DNA of 45,924 nucleotides, from assembly GCA_947623645.1 (NCBI GenBank), contig CANQHK010000002.1, positions 1-45,924 on the forward strand. Direction: 5' to 3'. Every line of letters begins with the position of its first letter. Positions within the stretch are counted from its first letter, which is position 1. Shown piece after piece: positions 1 to 9,826 of the stretch. Made by a program: the position numbers and the translations under genes. The notes beneath the pieces were generated by a model. It saw only the letters and a program-made list of their open reading frames with translations. It had not been told where the DNA came from and searched no databases. Origin of the DNA: an uncultured Bacilli bacterium. GTDB taxonomy: Bacteria; Bacillota_I; Bacilli_A; RF39; UBA660.

Positions 1-1923
1 AGGTACGGACTGACGTTGCATGTTTGCACCCATCAAAGCACGGGTAGCATCGTCATGTTCCAAGAACGGAATACAACTGGTTGTAACAGCAACAACTTGT
101 TGTGGAGATACATCGATATAATCGACTTTATCTGGGCTAACCAAAATATTTTCTCCACGATATCTTGCTGCAACTTGTTTGTCCGTCATCATATTATCGT
201 CATCTGTCGTAACAGTCGCTTCAGCAATAATTAAATCTTCTTCTTCATCGGCTGTTAAATAATCGACTTGTTCTGTAATTTTACGATGATCTACTTTACG
301 ATATGGAGTCATAATAAATCCATAATCATCAACTTTTGCATAACTTGCTAAGGAAGTAATAAGCCCAATGTTTGGTCCTTCAGGAGATTCAATCGGACAA
401 ATTCTTCCGTAGTGGCTAGGGTTAACGTCACGAACTTCCATACCTGCTCTATCTCTTGAAAGTCCACCAGGTCCAAGAGCTGAAAGACGTCTTTTGTTGG
501 TAAGTTCAGAAATCGGATTAACCTGATCCATAAATTGGGATAACTGGCTTGACCCAAAGAATTCTTTCATAGCAGCAGTAACAGGTCGAATATTAATCAA
601 TGTTTTTGGCGTTACTTCTTCCATTTCTTGAGTCGTCATTCTTTCACGAATAACTCTCTCCATCCGAGAAACACCAATACGGAATTGATTTTGTAAAAGT
701 TCTCCAACTTGACGAATACGTCTGTTTCCTAAATGGTCGATTTCATCATAATTTCCAACACCATCTAATAAATTTAAATAGTAAGAAACAGAAGCATAAA
801 CATCGGAGATAGTAAGTCTTTTAACTTCGATAGATTGATCATTACCAATTAAAGTAATCTTTTGTTTTTTATTGTTTGGATTATAAATAGTAACCATTTG
901 TACTTTATTGTACGTATCAAGGTCTTCATTAATTTGAACTTCTTTTAAACCATAGCCATCGGCAAAAATTGGTTTTAACGTTTCGAGGACTTCTTTCGTT
1001 ACTAAAGTTCCCTTGCTAACAACAACCTCTTTATCCACTTTAATATCTTCTGCTAACGTTTGATTTAAAAGACGATCTAAAACATTTAATTTACGATTAA
1101 ATTTATAACGTCCAACCTTTGCTAAATCATAACGGAACTCATCAAAGAAACGAGTAATAATTTGGTTCTTTGAAGAATCGAGTGTTGCAGGTTCACCAGG
1201 TCTTAACTTTTCATAAATTTCAATTAAAGCCTCATCTGTATTTTTTGTAGAATCTTTTAAGATTGTATTTTCAATATATGGATTTTCTCCAAAGACTTTT
1301 TTGATATCTTCGTCACTAGACAAACCAAAAGCACGTAAAAGAGTCGTTAACGTTACTTTTCTTGTACGATCGATTCGAACATATAAAACATCTCTGGCAT
1401 CGGTTTCATATTCGAGCCAAGTTCCACGAGTAGGAATTACTTGAGAAGTAATAAGTTCCCGTCCATTTTTATCAATTTCACGATTAAAATACACACTTGG
1501 ACTACGAACCAATTGCGATACAATAACACGTTCTGCACCATTGACAACGAACGTTCCACTGTCCGTCATAATAGGCATATCTCCTAGGAATATCTCTTGT
1601 TCTTTTACTTCTCCAGTTTCATGATTAAATAGTCGAACATCTACTTTTAATGGAGCAGCAAAAGTCGTTTCACGATCCTTGCATTCCTTAATAGAATATC
1701 TAGGCTCGTCAAAATGATAATCTCCAAATTCAAGAGACAAAGTTCCTGAAAAATTTTCAACCGGAAATAAATCTTCAAAAACTTCTTTAATTCCCGTATC
1801 AACAAACCATTGATAAGACTTTGTTTGAATTTCTAATAAATCTTTTAATTCATAAGTATTTTTAATTCTTGAAAAACTTCTTCTTACGCGGTGGTCCCCA
1901 CATTTAACATTTTTATATGCCAC
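1..1923 (-). CDS. rpoB: DNA-directed RNA polymerase beta subunit, N-terminal ~641 codons (gene runs off the left edge)
   Basis: Absent from the ORF track because it is open at the window edge. My minus-strand translation from GTG at 1923 (RBS AGGGGTGAA upstream) gives [40 protein letters not shown]...[31 protein letters not shown], a classic RpoB N-terminus. It lies downstream of rplL and a ybxB-like gene, as in Bacillus. Confidence 0.93.
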   Translation of the reverse strand, partial: MAYKNVKCGDHRVRRSFSRIKNTYELKDLLEIQTKSYQWFVDTGIKEVFEDLFPVENFSGTLSLEFGDYHFDEPRYSIKECKDRETTFAAPLKVDVRLFNHETGEVKEQEIFLGDMPIMTDSGTFVVNGAERVIVSQLVRSPSVYFNREIDKNGRELITSQVIPTRGTWLEYETDARDVLYVRIDRTRKVTLTTLLRAFGLSSDEDIKKVFGENPYIENTILKDSTKNTDEALIEIYEKLRPGEPATLDSSKNQIITRFFDEFRYDLAKVGRYKFNRKLNVLDRLLNQTLAEDIKVDKEVVVSKGTLVTKEVLETLKPIFADGYGLKEVQINEDLDTYNKVQMVTIYNPNNKKQKITLIGNDQSIEVKRLTISDVYASVSYYLNLLDGVGNYDEIDHLGNRRIRQVGELLQNQFRIGVSRMERVIRERMTTQEMEEVTPKTLINIRPVTAAMKEFFGSSQLSQFMDQVNPISELTNKRRLSALGPGGLSRDRAGMEVRDVNPSHYGRICPIESPEGPNIGLITSLASYAKVDDYGFIMTPYRKVDHRKITEQVDYLTADEEEDLIIAEATVTTDDDNMMTDKQVAARYRGENILVSPDKVDYIDVSPQQVVAVTTSCIPFLEHDDATRALMGANMQRQSVP

Positions 1924-2016
1924 TTAATTCACCCCTATACAATTAATAATCAAAGAACATAATTACCAAATAAATAATACGTCAATTTATATTAATAACA
2001 CAATCTTGAAAAGATG

Positions 2017-2610
2017 TCAAGACAAAAAACAAGAAATTATAAAAAAACCTTTATTCTTAGCAATTACATCTACAGTATAATACTGTTTTAAGTCGTTTAT
2101 CATCGATTTTGCACCCTGATCTTTTCGAATAACAATAAATAATTTCCCCTCTGGATTTAAATAATGTCGAGCATTCATAACAATTTCATAAACTTTTTCC
2201 TTACCCGCATGAATCGGGGGATTGGTTAAAATATAATCAAACTTTAAGGAAGAAACATTTTGATAACAATCACTTTCCAAAATTTCAATATTGTTTACAC
2301 CATTTTCTTTTGCATTCATCTTTGCAAGATGAAGCGCTCGACGATTCACATCAACCATCCAAATAGATGCATTAGTAAGTTTAGATAGAACAATCCCGAT
2401 TGGTCCGTAACCACATCCAACATCTAAAATTTTTTTATCTCGCATCTCTTCAAGAGGAAGATTTTCTAAAAAAGTACGTGTTCCAAAATCCAAATGATCT
2501 TTCGAAAAGACCCCATTATCTGTATAAAAAGTAAACGTATTGTTGAAAATAGAAACTTTCCATTTTCGTAGTTCACTCTTCAATTCTTGATTCGTAAAGT
2601 ACTGTGCCAT
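2017..2610 (-). CDS. Class I SAM-dependent methyltransferase, RsmC/YbxB-like
   Basis: 197-aa ORF with SAM-binding motif ILDVGCGYGPIG and an NPPIHAG (NPPxH) motif typical of RsmC/RsmD-type N-methyltransferases. It occupies the ybxB slot between rplL and rpoB. Confidence 0.8.
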   Translation of the reverse strand: MAQYFTNQELKSELRKWKVSIFNNTFTFYTDNGVFSKDHLDFGTRTFLENLPLEEMRDKKILDVGCGYGPIGIVLSKLTNASIWMVDVNRRALHLAKMNAKENGVNNIEILESDCYQNVSSLKFDYILTNPPIHAGKEKVYEIVMNARHYLNPEGKLFIVIRKDQGAKSMINDLKQYYTVDVIAKNKGFFIISCFLS

Positions 2611-2781
2611 AAACCCACTCCAAACTAAAAAAGAACTAACTTAAAATCAAATATTTAAGCTAGTCCTCCTTTCGTACCTATATAATACTACGAATCAAAA
2701 AAGATTGCAAGAAGTTTTTTTGAAAAAAGTCAATAGATTTTACACAAATTTACAAAAAACTTTTTTTACTTAATTTTATCT

Positions 2782-3174
2782 TTAATAATTCCATATATTC
2801 AGTTTCCCTTTTGCAAAAATTGGCTTTTCTAAAGGAACAATATCTTCAAGAATCCAAGCATATCTTCCTTCTTTATAGATTCCACAAAGATATTCTTGAG
2901 GATAATTCTTTTGAATATTTTGAACATATTCTTTCGTCATATAAATACAATCGACCAAACGGCACTTACAAAGAATATAACCGAAATGAAGAGGCGCACT
3001 TCCTAAAAGAGACATCAACTCTTGATTTTCTCGCCATACTTTAGGAATCTTCGTAGAACTTGCATGAATATATAATTCTCCCCTATAATTTGTCTTCCAA
3101 CTTCTCGTTTCAATCTGTTTTTTATTTTCTTTTATTAAAGTTGCATAAGGCTCCGTCAGACTCAATACCTTCAT
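2782..3174 (-). CDS. ASCH (PUA-like) domain protein
   Basis: 130-aa ORF. The N-terminal pattern MKVLSLTEPYATLIKENKKQIETRSW resembles ASCH-domain proteins. The family call is from pattern memory only. Confidence 0.55.
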   Translation of the reverse strand: MKVLSLTEPYATLIKENKKQIETRSWKTNYRGELYIHASSTKIPKVWRENQELMSLLGSAPLHFGYILCKCRLVDCIYMTKEYVQNIQKNYPQEYLCGIYKEGRYAWILEDIVPLEKPIFAKGKLNIWNY

Positions 3175-3802
3175 CCTTGAACTCCTTTTTCAAAGTTTCA
3201 TAGTCTTCATCTTGAAAATAGATTTTATAATCATGCGTCTGTCTCCATTTTTTTCTTTCTTCTCGAGTAAGTTCTAAAACTTCTAAGGCAATATCAATAT
3301 GTAAAATACCATCTAAATGGTCCATCTCATGAGATAAAACAGTTGCTTCAAATCCAACAAACTCTTCATCATGAGCGTTCCCCGAAACATCTAAATAATG
3401 AACCAATATTTTGTAAGGTCGAAGAACTCTACCACAAGCATCTAAACAACTAGCACAAGCTTCCCAATATTCTGTCAAACCTTCTCTTTTTAGAATAACC
3501 GGATTAATTAAAACTCTTGCTTCATTATAATCTTTCACTTCTTGAGAAACATCATCCTTCTGCAATTTCGCAATAACATCCAGATTAGTATTTTTTAAAT
3601 AAACAATTCTTTTCGGAATTCCAAGTTGAACTGCTGCCATTGCCATAACCTCATTTGCTTTACAAAATTGTTCTAACACTTCAATGTTTCGTTTCAATTC
3701 TTTATCGTGCAAAATATCCACTTCCAAAGATTTCTGCCTTAAAAATTCTTCATGATCCCGAATCGTAAGAGATTGAATAAGAGATTTTTCCATTTTTATC
3801 AA
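3122..3802 (-). CDS. def: Peptide deformylase (long form with C-terminal extension)
   Basis: Motifs QLGIPKRIV, EACASC (EGCLS-type Cys ligand) and HEMDHLDG (HExxH). The real start may be the internal MEKSL. The 3' end overlaps the ASCH gene start by 53 nt. Confidence 0.85.
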   Translation of the reverse strand: MIKMEKSLIQSLTIRDHEEFLRQKSLEVDILHDKELKRNIEVLEQFCKANEVMAMAAVQLGIPKRIVYLKNTNLDVIAKLQKDDVSQEVKDYNEARVLINPVILKREGLTEYWEACASCLDACGRVLRPYKILVHYLDVSGNAHDEEFVGFEATVLSHEMDHLDGILHIDIALEVLELTREERKKWRQTHDYKIYFQDEDYETLKKEFKDEGIESDGALCNFNKRK

Positions 3803-3828
3803 CTCCTTACTTATAGTATATTACAATG

Positions 3829-3855
3829 GAAAAAAGAACCCATCACATGGGTTCT
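3829..3855 (-). terminator. Intrinsic terminator after rplL
   Basis: Perfect 9-bp stem AGAACCCAT/ATGGGTTCT (3835-3843 / 3847-3855) with a 3-nt loop, followed on the minus strand by a T-run (plus-strand A-run 3830-3835). Confidence 0.7.
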
Positions 3856-3871
3856 CTTAAAAGTTTTTATT

Positions 3872-4246
3872 TTACTTAAATTCAACAGTTGCTCCAGCTT
3901 CTTCAAGTTTTGCTTTAATATCATTAGCTTCGTCTTTAGAAACGTTTTCTTTAACAGTACCATTGTTATCAACGATATCTTTACTTTCCTTAAGTCCAAG
4001 TCCAGTAATTTCACGAACAACTTTGATAACATTAACTTTAGCAGCACCAGCTTCTGTTAATACAACAGTAACAGTAGCATTATCATCTTCTTGGGTAGCT
4101 GCTCCTCCTGCAACTGGTGCAGCAACTGCAACAGCACTAGGATCTACTCCAAATTCTTCTTTCATTGCATCTACTAATTCTTTAATTTCTAAAAGACTCA
4201 TTTCTTTTAAGCTTTCAATAAAACTTTCTTTTGTTAATTTAGCCAT
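3872..4246 (-). CDS. rplL: 50S ribosomal protein L7/L12
   Basis: 124 aa. Ala/Gly-rich hinge [13 protein letters not shown] and C-terminal domain [23 protein letters not shown]...[19 protein letters not shown]. Confidence 0.96.
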   Translation of the reverse strand: MAKLTKESFIESLKEMSLLEIKELVDAMKEEFGVDPSAVAVAAPVAGGAATQEDDNATVTVVLTEAGAAKVNVIKVVREITGLGLKESKDIVDNNGTVKENVSKDEANDIKAKLEEAGATVEFK

Positions 4247-4272
4247 TATAAATTTCCTCCTTATTTTATATT

Positions 4273-4767
4273 TTAATTTTCTTCTTTTTGTTTAGCATAC
4301 AAATCTAAACAGATTGATAAATCTTTTGGAATACCAATCAAAGCACCAGCAAGCATTGTAAGTAAACCGTCTCTTGATGGAATCTTTGCAAGTTCTGATA
4401 ATTGTTTCGTATCAGATACCTCTCCATCAACGACACCCACTTTTAAAATAAGTGCTGGATGTGTTTTTGCAAATTCAGATAAAACCTTAATAGGTGCAAC
4501 AGAATCACTTCCATAAGCAAGTGCACTAGGTCCTTCCAAACTTTCATCTAAGTTGATGTCCAAATCATGAAAAGCTCTCTTCATCAAAGTGTTTTTATAA
4601 ACTTTGTAATCAGATCCACTATCCCGAAGAGCACGTCTTAATTCTTTACTTTCATTATCGGTTAATCCACGATAATCGAAAAGAACGATAGTCGATGCAT
4701 CTTTGGTCGTTGCTTTAATCTCTTCAACGATTTGTTCTTTTACTGCTAATATTTTAGCATTTGCCAT
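4273..4767 (-). CDS. rplJ: 50S ribosomal protein L10
   Basis: 164 aa. The typical L10 sequence (...[22 protein letters not shown]...) sits directly upstream of rplL. Confidence 0.95.
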   Translation of the reverse strand: MANAKILAVKEQIVEEIKATTKDASTIVLFDYRGLTDNESKELRRALRDSGSDYKVYKNTLMKRAFHDLDINLDESLEGPSALAYGSDSVAPIKVLSEFAKTHPALILKVGVVDGEVSDTKQLSELAKIPSRDGLLTMLAGALIGIPKDLSICLDLYAKQKEEN

Positions 4768-4930
4768 AAAACACCTCCTATATTTTTTTATTTAGGGTAC
4801 CAAAAAAGTTTCCAATCACCAAAGACTAGAAACTTTTTTCATTAAGCTTTTTTTCAAGTCCTCGGTAGGATTTACAAATAACCTACTGTCTTTGGCACCG
4901 ATAAATCAAATTTATTATATCACAAAATTA
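4768..4930 (-). promoter_or_regulatory. rplJ 5' leader (L10-leader-like) with terminator/attenuator hairpin
   Basis: 163-nt untranslated gap between rplA and rplJ. On the minus strand it has a small hairpin AGTAGG...CCTACC, then a 10-bp stem AAAAAGTTTC/GAAACTTTTT (4803-4812 / 4829-4838) followed by a U-run. The position matches the L10(L12)4-autoregulated leader of Firmicutes. I cannot run a covariance model. Confidence 0.45.
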
Positions 4931-5629
4931 TTATTTGTCAAAAGAATTTAAAGAAACTTTAATTCCAGGACCCATTGTAGTAGCAATACTAATGTTTTTA
5001 ACATAGTCCCCTTTTACACTTGCAGGACGAATCTTTAAGATTGTACCAACAAATGCATCGAAGTTTTCTAACAATTGTTCTTCTGTAAAACTTGCTTTTC
5101 CAATAATACCATGTACATTTCCAAAAGAATCTGTACGATACGTAACACGACCAGCCTTAACTTCTTCTACTGCTTTTTGAACATCCATTGTAACCGTTCC
5201 TGTTTTAGGGTTTGGCATAAGTCCTTTAGGACCTAATACTTTACCTAATTTACCAAGAAGTGGCATCATATCTGGAGTTGCAATCATAACATCAAATTCA
5301 AACCAATTTTCTTTTTCGATTTTTTCTAAGATATCAGTATCTCCAACATAATCAGCACCAGCTTCTTTTGCTTTCGTAGCATTTTCTCCTCTTGCAACAA
5401 CCAAAACTTTTTTAGTCTTTCCAGTTCCATGAGGAAGTACGATTGCACCTCTTAATTGTTGATCAGCTTTTTTCGTATCTAGATTTAAGCGAATAGCAAT
5501 TTCAACAGAGGAATCAAATTTACTTACAGATGTTTCTTTAACGAGTTTTACGGCTTCTTCTTTTGTATAAACTTTTCCTTTTTCAAGTTTTTCTGAAGCT
5601 TGCACATATTTCTTGCTTCTCTTTTTCAT
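4931..5629 (-). CDS. rplA: 50S ribosomal protein L1
   Basis: 232 aa. L1 pattern [34 protein letters not shown] and rplK-rplA synteny. Confidence 0.95.
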   Translation of the reverse strand: MKKRSKKYVQASEKLEKGKVYTKEEAVKLVKETSVSKFDSSVEIAIRLNLDTKKADQQLRGAIVLPHGTGKTKKVLVVARGENATKAKEAGADYVGDTDILEKIEKENWFEFDVMIATPDMMPLLGKLGKVLGPKGLMPNPKTGTVTMDVQKAVEEVKAGRVTYRTDSFGNVHGIIGKASFTEEQLLENFDAFVGTILKIRPASVKGDYVKNISIATTMGPGIKVSLNSFDK

Positions 5630-5736
5630 TTTCTAACCTCCTTATGTGGTTTTGTTCAAATAGAACCTTTGGCGGATTGATTTAAGCGCTTGCTTTTTTC
5701 TCCTCCCACATAGATAAACTATATGTGAAAACAAAC

Positions 5737-6162
5737 TTATTCGACAACTTCAATACCCATATTACGAGCAGTACCTTCCACAATTTTCATTGCTTCTTCT
5801 ACTGTATAGGCATTAAGATCTGGCAATTTTGTTTCTGCAATCTCTCGAAGTTGATCTTTTGTAATTTTTCCAACGATTTCTTGGCTTCCTTTAGAAGACC
5901 CTTTTTTCACTTTTGCTGCTTTTAAAATTAAGAATGGAGCAGGTGGAGTTTTAATTACAAAGTCAAAAGAACGATCATCATAGATAGAAATTTCAACTGG
6001 TAATACATCTCCCATTTTATCTCTAGTTGCATCATTATATTTTGTACAGAATTCTTGTAAATTGATTCCGGCAGGTCCCAAAACTGTTCCAACTGGTGGA
6101 GCAGGGGTTGCTTTTCCAGCTTCAATTTGCAATTTCACTTTTTTAACAACTTCCTTTGCCAC
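5737..6162 (-). CDS. rplK: 50S ribosomal protein L11
   Basis: [38 protein letters not shown] is canonical L11. The ORF-track start (6171) is a GTG inside the GGAGGTG RBS. The likely start is the next GTG, at 6162. Confidence 0.93.
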   Translation of the reverse strand: MAKEVVKKVKLQIEAGKATPAPPVGTVLGPAGINLQEFCTKYNDATRDKMGDVLPVEISIYDDRSFDFVIKTPPAPFLILKAAKVKKGSSKGSQEIVGKITKDQLREIAETKLPDLNAYTVEEAMKIVEGTARNMGIEVVE

Positions 6163-6336
6163 GAAAAACACCTCCTATAAATTTTTAAAATTACGTTTTC
6201 GCGAGTGGTTCTAATAGCTTACTTTTTTTTCCGCCTAAGCTTCCCACTAATCTTCTGTTGCAAATGTACAACAGCACGTAAATAATAACATTAAATCCTT
6301 AAAAAATCAACAGTTTTCCAAGATTTTTTCAAATTT

Positions 6337-6876
6337 TTAAGCTTTTGCTACTTCAATTTCTGTAAGATCTACTTCAACCGATGTTTCTTGACCAAATAAA
6401 TCGACAAGTAAAACTGCTTTCGAATTTGGTGCATCAATAGAATCAATTTTTCCGAACATTCCATCAAATGGACCAGAAATAATTTTAACGCGAGTTCCAA
6501 CTTCTAAGTCTTTATCGACTTCAATTCGACTCATTCCCATATCTTTCAAGATTTTATCGACTTCATAAGGTTGAAGAGGAGTTGGTTTTGCACCCTTTCC
6601 ACTAGATCCAATGAATCCTGTTACACCCGGAGTATTTCGAACAACATACCATGCTTCGTCACTCATAACCATTTCTACTAAAATATATCCAGGAAACATT
6701 TTCTTAACTTTAGTTTTTTCAACACCGTCTTTAACTTCAACTTCGGTTTGTTCTGGAACGATAACACGAAAGATATAATCTTTCATATCCATACTTTCAG
6801 CACGCATTTCAAGTTTTTCTTTTACTTTATTTTCATGTCCAGAGTACGTGTTTACAACATACCATTCTTTTTCCAT
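6337..6876 (-). CDS. nusG: Transcription termination/antitermination factor NusG
   Basis: 179 aa. NGN domain (EKEWYVVNTYSGHENKVKEKLE) plus a C-terminal KOW domain, with secE-nusG-rplK synteny. Confidence 0.95.
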   Translation of the reverse strand: MEKEWYVVNTYSGHENKVKEKLEMRAESMDMKDYIFRVIVPEQTEVEVKDGVEKTKVKKMFPGYILVEMVMSDEAWYVVRNTPGVTGFIGSSGKGAKPTPLQPYEVDKILKDMGMSRIEVDKDLEVGTRVKIISGPFDGMFGKIDSIDAPNSKAVLLVDLFGQETSVEVDLTEIEVAKA

Positions 6877-6879
6877 CGT

Positions 6880-7275
6880 CTACACCCACGCTTTCAATAA
6901 TGCCATAATAATTTCGATAACATAGAAGAAAATTCCAAAAAAGATAATGAATGTAATGGTTGCAATAGAATACTGAACCATCTCTTTACGACTTGGCCAT
7001 TTTACTTTAGACATCTCTTTTTTTACTTCTTTAAAGAATTTGAAAGGAGAAAATCTCTTTTTCTTGTCTTTCTTTTCTTTTTTATCTTTCTTTTTACGAG
7101 AGGTCTCTTTCTTTTTGTTCTTTTCTTTTTTAGTTTTTGAAAGTACCTCTTCCTTTTTTTCTTCTGTCTTTGAATTTTCTTTTTTGTTCTTCTTTCCTGC
7201 TGTTACTTTTCGAATTTCTTCATCAACATCAACTACTTCTCTAGTTGCTTTTGTAATTTTTGCCATACGACCCAC
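6880..7275 (-). CDS. secE: Preprotein translocase subunit SecE with a long Lys/Glu-rich N-terminal extension
   Basis: The C-terminal ~55 aa (FFKEVKKEMSKVKWPSRKEMVQYSIATITFIIFFGIFFYVIE) match the SecE core. It sits immediately upstream of nusG. Confidence 0.85.
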   Translation of the reverse strand: MGRMAKITKATREVVDVDEEIRKVTAGKKNKKENSKTEEKKEEVLSKTKKEKNKKKETSRKKKDKKEKKDKKKRFSPFKFFKEVKKEMSKVKWPSRKEMVQYSIATITFIIFFGIFFYVIEIIMALLKAWV

Positions 7276-7405
7276 CTACCTTATTTAAAATCAAAATAAA
7301 AACACCGTTTCCGTGTTACCTACAAGATACCATAAAAGATGGAAGTTGTCAACAATTCTTTGAAGATTTTTAAAAAAATCAAAGAAAAAACGCAAAAATA
7401 GATAT

Positions 7406-7984
7406 CTATCTCGGTAAATACAGAAAAATACAAGCCAATATTAAAGTAACGACGACCAAATTAATAGCAAGTAATAAATAGGTTGTAAATGCTTGTTCTT
7501 GGGTAGAGGCTGAACGTTTTTCAAGAAATGGTCGTTCATCTCCACTAAGCTCTCGCATGTAATCGTCATAATATAAATATTCTTTTTGTAAAAAAACTCG
7601 TTCAAAATAAGGATAATCGTCGCTTGCTAAAAACTTTTTTAAAGATGGAAGATTTTCTTTTATAACTTTCAAACACAACATACGAGAAGTTCCATTTTCT
7701 AAAAATGACGAAATCATCATTTGCGAAAGAAGAAGAATATTTTGAAATTTTAAATCTAAAACTTCTTGAATCGGACGTGTTCCTATTTTCTTATAATGAG
7801 AAAAATGAATGTCCGTAGGGTTTGTAAAGCAAACACTAACCGTTTGAAAAGATAATTCTGTTAAGTATTCTCCATTATTATGAAAACGGTGCATTTCTTC
7901 GAAAACAGCATAAAATACCTGACGTTTTTCGAGATCTGTCTTATAACTTGAAAGATATTCCTGCAAACTTAATCGATTATCCAT
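7406..7984 (-). CDS. Hypothetical protein with a single C-terminal TM helix (tail-anchored)
   Basis: 192-aa ORF with no family I recognise. It has a hydrophobic C-terminus, TYLLLAINLVVVTLILACIFLY, and lies directly downstream of the sigma factor gene. Confidence 0.5.
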   Translation of the reverse strand: MDNRLSLQEYLSSYKTDLEKRQVFYAVFEEMHRFHNNGEYLTELSFQTVSVCFTNPTDIHFSHYKKIGTRPIQEVLDLKFQNILLLSQMMISSFLENGTSRMLCLKVIKENLPSLKKFLASDDYPYFERVFLQKEYLYYDDYMRELSGDERPFLEKRSASTQEQAFTTYLLLAINLVVVTLILACIFLYLPR

Positions 7985-8024
7985 AAATCTCCCTCACATT
8001 AATTCTTTCTAATTCTATAGAATA

Positions 8025-8642
8025 TTATACAACATAATTTAATTTTTCTAAATATCTTTTTAACTTTTTTCGAATTCGAATTAACTTATTTGAAATATTT
8101 CTTGGTTTAGAAGACAAGAACTTGGCAATGTCCCGAACTTTATACTGATTTAAATAAAGTTCAAAAATTTCTGCTTGGTTAATCGGTAAGGTATAACAAA
8201 AAGTATAAATGTCTTCTTGCAAAAAAAAGGCATCCGCTAAAGCACAAACGTCCATTGTACCATCTGCAAAAAAATTTTGATATTCCGTTTCCTCAGAGAA
8301 ATTGTTATTGAGAGAAACAGAATGTTTATAAATCTGATTTTTGGAAAGTGTTTCAAGGCGAATAATATTGGCAATGGTTTTTTCGAAAACATGATTTAAA
8401 TATGTATAAAGAGAAGAATTCAAAACTTCATCGTAATTTGAAAGAGCACTAAAGAAAGCACAATACATATCTTGCTCTACATCTCTTTTTTCAAGATGAA
8501 ATTGTTGTAAAGTTGGCCACCACTTATAAATATACTTTTTTATTAGTGGTTGATATTTTTGGAAAAGAAGTTCTATTGATTCATCTGAGTTTTCCTTTAT
8601 CATATACAATAATTCATAATCATTTATATCTTTATATTCCAT
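8025..8642 (-). CDS. Sigma-70 family sigma factor, SigH-like by synteny
   Basis: Region 2-like and region 4-like segments (IELLFQKYQPLIKKYIYKWW...; ...IAKFLSSKPRNISNKLIRIRKKLKRYLEK). It occupies the sigH slot between rlmB(yacO) and secE. The likely start is ATG 8642, preceded by GGGGGGAAAAT. The ORF-track start at 8684 overlaps rlmB. Confidence 0.6.
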   Translation of the reverse strand: MEYKDINDYELLYMIKENSDESIELLFQKYQPLIKKYIYKWWPTLQQFHLEKRDVEQDMYCAFFSALSNYDEVLNSSLYTYLNHVFEKTIANIIRLETLSKNQIYKHSVSLNNNFSEETEYQNFFADGTMDVCALADAFFLQEDIYTFCYTLPINQAEIFELYLNQYKVRDIAKFLSSKPRNISNKLIRIRKKLKRYLEKLNYVV

Positions 8643-8652
8643 ATTTTCCCCC

Positions 8653-9342
8653 CTAATTTTTATGTTTTTGACGAACCACCTCATAAATCATAATTCCTGC
8701 TGCAACACTAGCATTTAAACTATTGACTTCTCCATACATGGGAATGGATGCTACAAAATCACAAGATTTTCGAACCAATGGACTCATTCCTTTTCCCTCA
8801 TTCCCAATAACAATCGCAATTTTTCCCGTATAATCAATGCTTCTATAATCTTGATTCGACATATCTGTTCCAACAACCCAAAATCCATGTTTTTTAAGAA
8901 GTCCAATGGTATCGACTAAATTGGTAACTTGAAAGATTGGAACTTTGGAAGCTGTACCAACACTTGTTTTTAAAACTGTCGCATTGACCGATGCACTTCT
9001 GTCCTTTGGAAGAATCACTCCACTCATTCCTGCTGCTTCGCAAGTTCGAATAATAGCACCTAAATTATGAGGATCCTCCAGATGATCTAAAAGAATCAAA
9101 GAGCAATCATCTTGGTCTAAAACAGAATAAATATCCGAATATTCAAAATCAGCAACTTCGATAGCAATGCCCTGATGAACTCCCGAACATAAATGGTCCA
9201 AAAATTTTTTATCCACATTTTCTGTGGATTGATGAATAAGAGATAAAATTTTACGGTCCGAAAAATCCTTTTGCAAATAAATCTTCTTTGGTTTTTCTTT
9301 TTCCAAATATTCTATACAAGCATTTTTTCCATAAACAATCAT
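8653..9342 (-). CDS. rlmB: TrmH-family 23S rRNA 2'-O-ribose (Gm) methyltransferase, RlmB/YacO-like
   Basis: 229 aa. SpoU/TrmH motifs LEDPHNLGAIIRTCEAAG, IVIGNEGKGMS and NSLNASVAAGIMIYE. It follows mrnC, as in Bacillus. Confidence 0.85.
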   Translation of the reverse strand: MIVYGKNACIEYLEKEKPKKIYLQKDFSDRKILSLIHQSTENVDKKFLDHLCSGVHQGIAIEVADFEYSDIYSVLDQDDCSLILLDHLEDPHNLGAIIRTCEAAGMSGVILPKDRSASVNATVLKTSVGTASKVPIFQVTNLVDTIGLLKKHGFWVVGTDMSNQDYRSIDYTGKIAIVIGNEGKGMSPLVRKSCDFVASIPMYGEVNSLNASVAAGIMIYEVVRQKHKN

Positions 9343-9719
9343 TTGTATTCCTCCAATATCTTTTCCATAATTTCATCGATTCGTGATTTATTTCCTACAA
9401 GATCCAAATACCCAATCACGGCCTCCATTGCAGTTGCATACTTATAAGTCAATATATCACAATTCTTTGGACTTCCATGATTCTTCGCATTTCTTGCTCG
9501 ATGAATAACAGAAAGCTCTTCTTCCGTAAAAAAATCTTCCTCTAAAAACTTCGCTAAAAATTTGGCCTGCCCCTTTGCTTGAACGATTGGTACAACTTTC
9601 TTTTGAAGTTCTAAAACAGAAGGAATTCCTTTTAAAACAAAGAACTTCCGAACATATTCTTCATAGAGTACATCACCTAAATAGGCAAGAACTAAAACAT
9701 TCACTTCAACGACTTTCAA
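9339..9719 (-). CDS. mrnC: Mini-ribonuclease 3
   Basis: 126 aa. LAYLGDVLYEEYVR and ...YKYATAMEAVIGYL match MrnC/YazC, with cysS-mrnC-rlmB synteny. Confidence 0.85.
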   Translation of the reverse strand: MKVVEVNVLVLAYLGDVLYEEYVRKFFVLKGIPSVLELQKKVVPIVQAKGQAKFLAKFLEEDFFTEEELSVIHRARNAKNHGSPKNCDILTYKYATAMEAVIGYLDLVGNKSRIDEIMEKILEEYK

Positions 9720-9804
9720 TTATATCACCTAAAATAATCATAATCGATAAAATTTAAAAACTCAAGCAAATAAGCGAAAAAGAAACAAAAAATTTTTGTT
9801 GCAC

Positions 9805-9826
9805 CAAAAAAGGAGGAAAACCTCCT
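9805..9826 (-). terminator. Intrinsic terminator after the Zn-peptidase gene
   Basis: AGGAGG-AAAA-CCTCCT hairpin (9811-9826) followed on the minus strand by TTTTT (plus-strand A-run 9806-9810). The stem overlaps the stop codon. Confidence 0.55.

Noticed and set aside
16-557. ORFs 16..234 (+) and 348..557 (-) from the ORF track
   Set aside because: Both lie inside the rpoB coding region, either antisense or in another frame. Their composition is odd and they have no RBS. The rpoB reading frame explains the whole interval.
3752-4295. ORFs 3752..4060 (+), 3811..4047 (-) and 3963..4295 (+), which overlap rplL and def
   Set aside because: These are shadow ORFs of the highly conserved rplL frame. 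Their proteins are low-complexity and lack an RBS.
6172-6336. Possible L1/L11 autoregulatory leader upstream of rplK (GGGAAGCTTAGGCGG-like sequence and CTGTTG...CAACAG hairpin)
   Set aside because: The resemblance to the L1-binding rRNA mimic is only impressionistic, and I cannot run a covariance model. The hairpin may simply be the nusG terminator. I left it unannotated.
7040-7288. Plus-strand ORF antisense to secE (Phe/Ser-rich)
   Set aside because: It is the mirror image of the Lys/Glu-rich secE extension, an artefact of AAG/GAA repeats read on the opposite strand.
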